Origin: Cyanophora paradoxa CCMP329
Lineage: Eukaryota; Plantae; Glaucophyta
Length of the DNA: 64,000 bases
Direction of reading: 5' to 3'
Assembly (NCBI GenBank): GCA_004431415.1
Contig: QPMI01000457.1
Coordinates: forward strand, 124,001 to 188,000
Of this stretch, positions 11,328 through 23,300 are shown one piece after another. A model generated the notes under the pieces. That model saw nothing but the letters and a program-made list of their open reading frames with translations, was not told the origin of the DNA and made no database searches. The number at the start of each line of letters is the position of its first letter. The first letter of the stretch is position 1. A program made the translations under genes and the position numbers.

Positions 11328-14300
11328 CTAGAAGCGCGAAGCGATATTAATATTGCTTCTTGGCTGTCTATCACGTATGCGCTTGCGAGTCCACCACCGC
11401 CGCATCAGAACGACGAGTCCCACTAACGACGGTAACAGAAGCAGGAGGCCGAAAGTGCCGAACATGAGTGCGCCCGGCAGTATTTCTCGGTGCAGTACGC
11501 GTAGCTGGCTGGAGGAATAGAAGATCCCAGAGCGATCCAATACAAGTGCGGAAAAAGACCCTAATACGAAAACGAATCCCCAGATAAACAGACCAACTGC
11601 ATCAAAGAAGGTTCTTTGATCGTTGTGCGCGTTATGCTGAAGTAGGATCCTCTGGGCGAGAGCGACTCTCATTTTGACAGGCAACAAATCCACGACAGAC
11701 ATTCTATTCGATTCAAAATCAAATCGAATACATTATTCAATCAATTGAATGGATTTACGAACCCCGCTAGAACAAGCAGCGCTAGCGCCCCGCACGCGAA
11801 GAACAAGCTTTGTCCGAACTTCGACTGAAATCGACAAGTCGTCCAGAACCATAACTTTGAGCTCGACGCCGACGTCGACGTATTCGTTTGCGAGAGCCTC
11901 TCGAGACTGGCATTGACCGCAGCATACGCAGCGGTTATGGCGGTTAAATTCGCTTTCGGGGACGCCGTTCGACTTATGTTCGCGAGCTCGGCTTGATATT
12001 GCTTAAGACCGTCGATGTACGCTGCTTGCGCGGCTTGGTTTCGCTTGATACCGTCAATGTAGGCAACAGCATCTGAAAAGCTCGAGTTTGGAGATGAATC
12101 CGCAACGCAGATCACCGGGCCGTAAAAAGCGTGAATGAAATGGTCTACGTCCAGATTGAGTGTGGTTGCGTTCAGGCTTACGGAGAGTATGTAATTCTCA
12201 TCCCCCGAGAACGGCTGACTCCAAGATGACAGGTGAATACCGATGTAGATACATACCCCGCCAAAGATGATGAAAAGCATAATTCGAAGAAAAAATGCCA
12301 CAATGCTAAACACTTTCCTTAGAGCTCGCCTTATCGCTTCACTAGCTGGCTGATTCTGTACGGGATGGTGAGCATATTTGCATGTGCAACATTTGAGGCT
12401 CTGGATCGGAATCGGCACTGGCGCTGCACCTGAGCCGGATGTTCTGTTCTGTGACAATAAAGAAATGAGCCGGCCGATCGCGACGTCGTGCACACAAGTA
12501 ACTGCGCTTGCCACGACTTGTCCAGCGCATTTGTCTAACGGAGCAATCGCCTTCAAATTAAATTATGAAGGTGATCGCGACTTGACTTTATAAAGTAAGC
12601 AAGCAATGGGGACACCGTCTCACACAATCGGAAATCCACGATAGGACTGTCGTAGTTCAGCGTTTCGATTCGGCGGAATTCTATATTCGAATCATCGAGG
12701 CCGTTCGGCGTCGATTGTCTCAATATGGAGACTTTCCCGTCTGTACTTCCGCAGCACAGTACGTGAAATCGCTTGTCTGCGCGAGTCTGGGCGCGCCGCT
12801 CGTGATGATCAGGAACAGAAGCTTTTGAATCACATGCAGATGTCAAACACAAAAGCTGCGCATACTTGAAGAAAAGCAGTGGAGAGCGTTGAGATGACGT
12901 TTGAATGCACCTCCATTGTCGAAATAAGCTTCTCATTTCTCCGGTTCCAGACGTACGCCTTGCCATCAGACGCCCCTGCGAAAACATGCGCCTGCGCGAA
13001 GTTTTATATTCTCCTCAGCCGTATCGCGATCGGCCTTCATCTTTTAATACTCGCACCTGCGACAAAGCTAAAGCAGTGCACCGGTTAAGCGCAGGAATCT
13101 GCATCTGATGGCGTTTCGTGGATTTTCCCGGTTTCTTCAAGTGCAGGCTCCTTGCATCGAAAATCAAGACCATGCCGTCGTCACATCCAACCGCAAATTG
13201 CGTCTCTCCCGCTTCCTGAGGCTAAGCATGTTAATGGTATTTGTTTTTGTCGATCGCAAATAATTATAAATATCACTGACGACTGCTGCAGCTGTCGCGG
13301 AGGACAGACAAAGTCGCTGTGCGACCACCCCCGACACGACATCAAATATTGCAATATCGCCATCCGACTGGAGGGCGATGGCGTGCATGCGCCTTTTCTA
13401 CAAATTTGCAGATCGAATGCAGATCGAACTTTAATAATGACAAACGACGTCCAGAATGCACACAGCACTTGCCTGCGGTTTGTCGTCCAGGAAAGCGATG
13501 TTTGAAATCTCGCTCGAAAAGATGGGGTAATCCGCGTCGCCTATCTCTGTCCCAGGAGCGCCGTCCACGTTGATGCATCGAACCGCGGCTCTTCCGGTGC
13601 TCGTCCCGCAAACCAGCATACCGCCAGACTGCCGGATCACGATCAATTATCTCCTGCTTGCAATTATCTCCACGTGCACACCCGTGCGCGCACCTCTGAC
13701 ACTGCGATGCAGCACATTTCACCGGATGTGCGCCCGATAAGAATTTCTGCCCACGCAATCGCACGCCCAGATCTCCAGGCGAAAACGCGATAGCCGTCGG
13801 CATCTCCCAAGACGACCGTTGAACCCGCCTGCAAAAGTTATGTATATTATACTAAGTTATAACTTATTACTTATGACGCATGCGGACACCCGTAAAAAAA
13901 CTCAGTCTTCACGGGACGGCCGAGCCAAAAATCCTCGGTAGTTTGATTGAGGTCAGAAAACTTACCTTAGGGTTGTGTCAACGCATATGAGAACACAGTG
14001 TGGCATAACGTAAATTACATCAGAATCACAAATTAAATTTTGACTTCAGATTTACAGTTATTTACCGCGCTTATTCTCGAAAATCTGCTGCGATAACGCC
14101 AGATCGACACATTACCCCAAGTGAAACTAAACTCAAAATGTCAGCACGTTAATTTAATTAAAAACCGCAATTTTAATTTTGCCCAGCCGCGCGCGGATCG
14201 AAATCGATCGATCGAAAACCGGTTCCAGTTTGGGTTTTAAAGAAATTTAATGCATGCCACATGGATTCGCAGTCGTAGTGCGCGCCTGTTGTAAAGGGGA

Positions 14301-17300
14301 GGACCCCCCCCCAAACCAGACCGCCCCCAAAGTCTGGTTTTACCTTCAGGGATCCACCCCTTCTAGCGTCATCAATTAACGATTTCCCTGAAAACAGTTA
14401 GACGTGCCAATTAGGCGTGTTGTTCGCTATATTACAGATTCATTGTTAGCTAGGCGTGTGCAAGTGTAGCTTTGGATCTGTTGCGGATATATTAAGTTAG
14501 GTTGCTTGAGGGCGCGATAGCTACTGGCCATGGGCCACACTTGCTTGTGCACGGTCTGGTTTGGCCTCAGGAGAGAGTGTCAGCTAGCTTGCGTAGCATT
14601 TGACTCACAAGAAACCTAGCTGATTTCCGAATCCATCGACGTCGACTGAAGCTAGCTTGCATAGCCTTTGGCTCACAAGAAACCTAGCTCTAGAAAATAC
14701 TCTCAGAAAGAGAAGTAAGCTTTCTTTTTCTGTAGACACTTAAGCGATCTTTGGCCTTCTTTATGAGTTCATCAACATTCTCGAGTTCTACTATTTCACC
14801 CTTGCACTCTTTCAGAAAGAGTTCAAAAAAGATCATATCTCTGTCTGAAACGTAATTCTTTTGGCCAGCCTGATAGAGCTTAATTTCCTGAACTTTCCTG
14901 GCATTTGTGAAAATGTAAACCTCTGCAGCCCGCCAGATACAATTGCTATATAACTGTGGCAAATATGGTTTGGTGCCTTTCATGCAGGCATTTTGGAGAA
15001 CATTTAGCGAGATATCGCCTTCAAACCTTGGTATGATGATAGTTCGCTCCCCGTTGTAGTTGTCCCAGAATCCAGGTCGGCCCTGTGGCCATGCTGTGTT
15101 AAAACCACGATGTTATGTAATTAACGTATACATTCCAGGCCTGCAAACCATGCCATCTCGCACGCAGTAGGTATTAGGAGGCAATGAGTTCAACAAAGTT
15201 TGGATGACAGGTTCAGGTGCTCCACCTGGGCAATGGTTACAGCGTGCACAAAATAGTGATAAGCGGTCAAACCTACGACAAAATAAATCGTCGTGTATGA
15301 GGACTTGTCCGGTGAGTACATGCAATATTTATACTGTTGATCCCTCTCGTCACGGAAATTGCCAACAGGAAACATCCTCTGGAACTCTGCAAATGACTTT
15401 CCACCTAGTCAACATCGTGATCAAGTTAGATGGAAGCACAGCACGTGGTTGCGAAAAGAACTACCATGGTACCTGCTAGAAAAGTTTTCATGCGTTGAAT
15501 AAATTGTACGTGGACTTGAGAACGACCTGGGTGGTCCAACTGTATACTGGTCGTTAATATGCACGCGCACATGGCAGGAATAGAGAATTAAAGTACCGTT
15601 CCAAATGCAAAATATCCGGGATGGGCGCAATTCACGTCAATATTCCGAAAGCAATCAAGAAAGTCCCGTTGTTGGCGTTCTTCGATTCGAAGTACAGTTG
15701 GGGCATGGCCCATAGCACGATAATCTTTGTCGCTGAATGCGCGTTCAAGCATCAACTTCATAAAATTCAGCGATTTCTTGTGGTACGTAGTAATGTATCC
15801 CTGTCGGGCGTTAATGGGGCCGGGGTGACGTCGGGCCACATGGATATAAATGAAACACGTTTAGGCAAACCTTGATGATGTACTGGTTCTCCTGGTCTGT
15901 ATAAAAAACCCGGAATTCAGCATACTTTACTTCCTCCTTGCATTGCCCGTTATTTTCGAATACTTTGCGAGTTGAGCGGAAGCATCGTCTCCAGACAGAT
16001 ATGTCGGCAGGCTCATCCCGCGTAAATTTCTCAAATGTGAAGAAGTGGCGTTTGCGTATGTTAGGATCATCCGAGCCATAGCCCTTAAGAGTAATGGTGT
16101 AAGGCATATATACTGTTGCAGGTTTGAGTTAGTGCACATACGCACACACATATATAAGATACCGAATTGGACACCTGTGCACGTGGGCGTCGATCGACGT
16201 CTAGCGTTTGCGAGTATGTGTGCACGTCGCCAGTGCCTGTGTAATGTATGTATATATCTGGTATACGTAGAACCAAAGCGATATCGTGAGCCACCATCAT
16301 GGCATCGGACGCACCGTATCGCAGGCGCTAGCTACTGGTACGCGGGCAGTAGCCTTGGTGGCCGGCGCCAGTGCTACTACCGAGAGCAGTCTCAGCGAGC
16401 TATGCGCGCTACTGCGGCTACTAGGCTAGCGCGGCACTACTAGGCTGCGGCACGCCCGCGCCTCGCGTGTACTACCGTAGTACGGTACTAGTTTACTCAG
16501 TGACCACGCTATCAAAGCCTATCATAGTATAGCCTGGTACTACGGTAGTAGCCTCAGTACGGTACTAGCCTGGTACCGGTATATAGCTACTAGGCTATCA
16601 TCAGCCTGACAGTAGCCTATCGGCGCGCGCGTCTCAGTCTATCATCGCATATCGCCGTCGATTCGCCGAGTCTACCGGGCTATCGCCGTACTACGGTAGT
16701 ATACTACTAGGCTAGCGCCATACAACCAAATCCGAGTCAAAATGTACGGCGAGTTCGAATTCTCGCCGCCGGACCGTCGCCGAGTCGGACCCGGGGCCTA
16801 GCCTAGGCCTACTGTAATTCGGGTAATATTTAAGGCGGCCCCGTGCCTAGCCTCGTGATAATTCGGTAATAACTACCGGTAGCCTCGTGGCACGTGCCCG
16901 GCGGCCCCGGCCACGGGTGCACAACCGTTGAACCGTTGAACTTTCGGAACTTCGCTGACGTACCGTCGGACCGTCCGACGGTCGGACTGAGCCTGACTCG
17001 CCGCGAGTCGGTGAGTCGGAGGCGCGCGTGGCCCGCGGACTGTAGCAGGGCATCGAATGCCCAGAGGTTGTTGAAAGAATATAAACCATATCAGGGCATC
17101 GAATGCCCAGAGGTTGTTGAAAGAATATCAGGGCATCGAATGCCCAGAGGTTGTTGAAAGAATATAAACCATATCAGGGGCATCGAATGCCTAGAATACT
17201 AAAGTTGCTTTTTATAACCTCTGGGCATTTGCAATTGCAATACCACAATCGCAACATTAATTTGTACAAAAGTTGATTTTAAACCCTTCCACAATCGCAA

Positions 17301-20300
17301 CATTAATTTGCACAAAAGTTGATTTTAAACCCTTGTCAATGCCTAGAATACTGAAGTTGATTTTTAAAACCTCTGGGCATGCGTAATATTACAACATTAC
17401 AATGTTTGCAATGTTTGCAATGTTGAAGATTTTGGACAGGAAGTTATAAAATTTATATAATAAATGGCGCCCGCAGACTATATAATGACTCTAATAATGG
17501 CGCCCCGGCGAGCGACTAAACAATTACATAATAAACCTTTAGCACTGAATTCCCCAACTTACGTCAATTCCCCAATTTACGTCAGTTCCCCAACTTACCG
17601 TACCGCAGCGGCACAGTTTGCAAACTGTTGATTGGCTAGATCGGCAAACCCTGAATTTGATTTTTGATTGGTCGCAACCGTTTCACTAAGCGATTCACGA
17701 AATATGTAACATGTATATGATATGTTTGGGGCCTGGCGATTCATGTTCAGGCCGGTACACGTACTAGGTTTTGATTGGTCGCAACCGTTTCACTAAGCGA
17801 TTCACGAAATATGTATATGATATGTTTGGGGCCTGGCGATTCATGTTCAGGTCGGTACCCGTACTAGGCTCGGCGAACACGAACCCTCACGATTCAAGTT
17901 CAAGCTGCGAAAAAACCAACTGGAAGAAAACAAAAAAACACGAAAAGTGAGTACAAAAACAACCAATCGCAAATGCCGGAGGTTTCACAGTCGCGGGCCA
18001 TGGGGCGCCGATTGCACTACTGCGCGGGCCTGCAAGGTAGAAGCCTAGATTGCATGGCTTAGAGGTTTCCTGCACTCTATCTAGCAGTCAGAGATTGTTG
18101 CGCTGAAATCCGAAATTAATTTCAGTCCCTCTTCTTGGAAGCGCATGCAATGGCCAGCACTGCAGCACTTAAGGCCGAACTTAGAAATTTAGCGACAGAA
18201 CTTTATGATCGTGGATATGTTCACGGGACATTTCGAAACAAACTGATGCGCCTGGCGGACGCTAGCAGCGGGACCTGGGGCCGAACGATTCGCAAATATA
18301 TAGCAACACTGCTGCGACTGCGGAGCACGATTCGCCCAGCACGCCGCTTATATGAAGGCCAGCTCGCAGGCCATTTTGGCGCAATTGCAGCAGCTCGCGC
18401 AAACGCGGTTCAGGCCGAGGAGGCGATACTGGAGGACGTACCTAATATATTCCAAGATGTTGAAGAAATTCCCGTGCCACGAGATCTGGATGGGGTGCTC
18501 TCTCACAGGCACCACCGCTATCCGAATTTACTATTCGATAAGCACGTATATGCAATCGAGCCCAGTTTCGATCCGGAGTCCGTAAAGAATTTAACGATTG
18601 ACATCCTCGGGCAGCTGGGCGTTGCGGAGATGATAGGGCGATTTGTGATAATCCGGTTCCGCTTTGACAATAATCACATGTATACGACCCAGCTAATTCA
18701 AATCAGACAGAACGGGTTGCAGACTTTGACTGAGAGTTTAGATGAGCGGATTGCGCAGTGGATGTCAGCGCAAATGTCATATCAGGAGGACGATATTTGG
18801 GTGGTAATATTGATCGAGGTGTTAATTGCAGACAACGCGGCTGGCGCCCTAGGCAATGTTCCGAAATTGCCATTTTATCATCGGACAGTCGATAAGCTAT
18901 ACTGCCCGATGTCCCCAGCGAATGACTGCGTGCTCGAATGCTTTGAGTACGTTAAATTAGATCCACGCGGACTGAGCCTGAAGACAGTAATCGAAAAGCT
19001 GGCGAAGGCACCCTATGCATCTATTCGAGAGCGGCTCGGACTGGGAAAGGGCATGATATCTCTTGATCGCAGCACAGTAGAAGCGATCTGCGGAATATAT
19101 TCGATAGATGCAACTGTGACGGAGTGGGCAAACACGAAATTCAAGGAGCTTTTTCGAACCCAGTTTGATTATTCGAAGCGTGCAATTCTCTGCAACATCG
19201 ATGGGCATTGCTACCTGATTAAAAAGGAGGCGACACTAGGTCTGGAGCGGTGCCCTTGCTGCGGAAAGATGTTTGATTTGGCAACGCATGTGGAGCAATG
19301 CACGTTCTGCAATAACTGCAAACGCGCGTACGACCCCAGAAAAGATCATTCATCAGAGTGCCAGGAGATGACGCGCCGTCAAAACGTGATCGGGCGGCAG
19401 ATCAAGCCCTGCAAACCGGAGACAGAATTTACAGCGTTGGACAGCGTTGTCTGCGCGGATTTTGAAACGTTTGCTGCCAACGGCAAGACGCACGTTCCAT
19501 ATGCTGTCAGCTATTGCATGATTGAAAAAGGGGAGGTCTCGCCATGCGAGCTAATTTATGGTGAGCAAACGTTGGACTTGTTCATGCGCTGGCTTGAGCG
19601 CCGCAGCGAGAAGACGACGTTGGTGTTCTACAATGGGTCTGGCTTTGACTATATATTTGTCTACAAATGGCTCGTGTTAAATCGACCGAATACAGCATTA
19701 AACGTTCTGCGGTCGAACGGCAAGATCAAGAATATGTCGTGGAAAACGGCTGCAGGCGGGCCTATAAGTACGTTTGATCCGTGCCTGCACATCCAGGCTT
19801 CGCTCAAACAGGCCTGCAAGGACTACGGCTGCACTAACGTAAAGGGAGATTTTGATCATAGCAAGATTAAAACGTGGGAGGACGTTGAGCGCTTTAAATC
19901 TGAATGGGAGCCGTACGTGGAAGACGACGTTAAGGCAATGACAGAGCTTTACATTAAATATTCGACAGCAGTCTTCGATCTGTACGGCTTAAACGTGAAC
20001 ACAACGCAAACAACCACAGCTTCGGCAATGGCGTTCCAGATTCATCGGCAGACGTTGATCAATCCAATTTCGCTACCGACCTACAAGGATGATCAGGTGC
20101 TGCGCCAGGCAATATATGGTGGACGGTGTCTCCCATTTAAACGCAAATTCGTCTCATCGGGCCCGGATGATTATTTAGTCGACCTGGATGTTGTAAGCTT
20201 GTATCCGACGGCTATGTACGAGAATTGGTTTCCAACTGGAAAGTACAAGCATATTACGTCGCCCGATGCGCTGGACAGATTCTGCAAGATATTACAATCG

Positions 20301-23300
20301 AATCAGCGTTCGTTGATGTTTATTGCGTGCGTGGACGTGACAATTCCGCAAAATCTGCTGCTCTCTCCGCTGCCACGGCACGAATCTAATCTAGGCTGGT
20401 CTAATCTCAAGCCAATTGAGCGCGGTTGGTATACGTCAGTCGATATTAATCGTGCAATTAAACTGGGATGCGAGGTGACGAAGGTGCGCGAGGTCTACCT
20501 GTTTGACGGTAAAGATCAGATGTTTAAGACCTACATGGAGCGGATGTACTGCCAGAAAGCTAGATCTCGCAAGGGAACAGCTCCGTATGCGACGTCAAAG
20601 ATTTACATGAATGGCCTTTACGGTAAATATTGCCAGCGGCCTGTGATCACAACCTCGGATCTGGTCACATCATACAAGCGATTTCGAGAAATTCAGCGAT
20701 CAGCGCAGATCACAGACATTTCGATCGAATCAGACACGCGGATGTTTGTCACGTACGAGATTGAGGAGTCCAAGCGTGATAGAGCTGTCACTAAACCGTG
20801 CTTTATTGGCGCATTTATTCTGTCATATTCGCGGGAGATCATGGACAGGTTTCTGATTGAAATAGGCGCATACTGGAGCATCGATGCAATGCCGTTTTAT
20901 ACTGATACGGACTCTTTGATTGTCCATCGAAAATACGCTGATCTGCTGCGGGCAAAAGGTTATATGAAGCCAGCATATGATATAGCGACGGCAACAGATG
21001 CGGACATTTGCAGGCAGGAACTAGGGAAACTTGACTGTGACATTAAAGGGCGGATTGTGGAAGCGTACTTCATTGGGCCGAAGCTTTATACGTGTTCATT
21101 TGTACGTGACAGCGACGCGCAGCTTGATCTGCATGTACGCGCAAAGGGGATTCCGCAATCGTGGATCCAGGAGCACTGGCTACCAGACGAACCAGAGGAG
21201 AGGAAAGGGGCCCTCGACCGCAGGATCGCTCTGGATGCTTACAGGTGCATGCTCGAGGATCCCACGTACCAACCCAAATGCACAATCGAATCAAAGCTGG
21301 CCCGTGTTTATAAACCGAACGGGCGGCAACGGGAGAGCGGAATCAGCTTTAGTTCCATGATCCAAATTCCGTTCGCTCGACAGCTGAACAAGTCGCAGTA
21401 TACAAAGCGCAAGATAATTTCGGACGAATACTATAGTAGCGTCCCCATGAGTACCGCGCAGGCGAGCCGAATTAAGCAAGCTTATTACGATCCGGAAACT
21501 GGCTTTCAGTCTGCGGCGAGGATAGCTAAGCGGCTCAATTTACCGCTATCAAGAGTGCAGGACGTACTTTCAAAATTGACGACTGCGCAGCGTTTTGCGA
21601 AACCTGTAAAGGAAAAGCCATCGACCAGCATAATTTACGGGGAGCCCGAAAAGTACTACGAAGTCGATCTGATTGATGTGACCCCGTACGCGAGAACTAA
21701 TCGAGGGATTACTTTTATTATGAACGGTATCGATGTGACGACGCGCAAAGCGTATAGCATCCCTATGAAGACGAAATCGGAAAGCACTCTGCTAGCCAGT
21801 TTGAAGAAATTGATTGATGCACTCCCCTCGAAGCCGGACGTCATTCAGACAGATCAGGAGTTCAAAGGAACCGCAGCAACAATGCTAGCGAGTATGGGCA
21901 TCAAGCATAATGCAGTGGAGGCGCATCGCCCGCAAGCAAACGGCAAAATAGAGAGATTTAATGGTACGCTTAAGCGCATCATTGCAAAGTACATGGATGC
22001 GTACGACACGGACAGATATATCGATAAGCTGCCTGCTTTCTTGCGCAATTATAATTCGTCAGAGCATAGGTCAATTGGTACGTCGCCGAACGCTGCAGCA
22101 GAAAATCCGAAGGAGACAATTGCACGCAACGACTACCAGAGAGAAGCGTACGAGCAACAGCACTATTTTGCCCAAGCGGAATTTAAGGTAGGCGATCGGG
22201 TGCGAGTGCAGCTAGAGCGGCAGCGTTTCGACAAGTCTTCAAAGCCGACGTATTCAAAAGAAATCTATACGATCACGGAGATAGGTGGCTTTGGACCGCT
22301 GCTCAAATTTACGCTTTCGGGCTACGACAAAGCGGTGACCTACCAGCGACTATTGAAAGTAGCGGCAGATTCAGAGGAACGTCGTGCGGGCAATGCAGCA
22401 CAGCGGGCACAGCAGCGCAGGAAGAAAGAGATTAATCTAATGCAAGAGAATCTAGACAAGAGTGATATAGAGAGAGCGCGCAAACTCGAGCGTTTGCAGA
22501 AGCAATTGTTGACTGCAGGTAAAGAGAAGCTGAACCCAGGAGGGGCAACACAGAGATGGTATTCGTCGTTCCAGAATAAAACTGCAGCGTACTCAGCCCC
22601 TGGCAATACGCGAACTCTCCGCCCACGCGCGTGAAAAAGAAAGTGAGCCATCTTGGCTTTCTCCTTCTTTCGCTCCCCTCTTTTTACTTATTGCCGGCCA
22701 TTAGAGAGCTATAACAATTGTTTGTTGGAGGGACTCTAGCAGTGCTAACTTTTCGTAGATTCGATTGCGATAGCGGCGATTGGCCTCCAGATGGCCCTCA
22801 CTGTTATTGCGTTGATATTTCAGACTGGCTTCGATGTGACGTCGCCGGTAATCAGGATCTTCATTGTACCTGCGCCGATGGCTCTCGGCTCGCTTGGCCT
22901 TCCGTGCCGCAGCGATTTCAGGGGTGACAACAATTGGCTTGCGGCCTGGGCGCTTTGGCGATGATTCGGCATCCATATTTGCGGGTTTCTCGTCACAAAC
23001 AAGGAGCGAAATAATTTTATGGCATCAATCGCAGAACGACCAACTGCGTTGGATTTCGAGAATTAAATCCGAGATATAATTAAAACAATGCCAGCAACGA
23101 TCCGATTCGGCAAGTATCGAGGGGAGACGCATCTGGAGGTTGTTTACAGGGATCCAAAATATGCAGAATGGTTAATTTCGTGGCCGCATTTGCGCCCATA
23201 CGATAAGCAAAAGCTTGAGCGTGCATTCGAAATGTGCCGCACAATAGAGGGCTCTGAGCTTAGGAAGATGATTGACTTCGCAAAGCAGCAGCGACGTCCT

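Noticed and set aside
17046-17200. Palindromic ~37-bp repeats resembling a CRISPR array
   Set aside because: There are no unique spacers (the units are tandem, with identical or absent linkers), no cas genes, and the context is eukaryotic.
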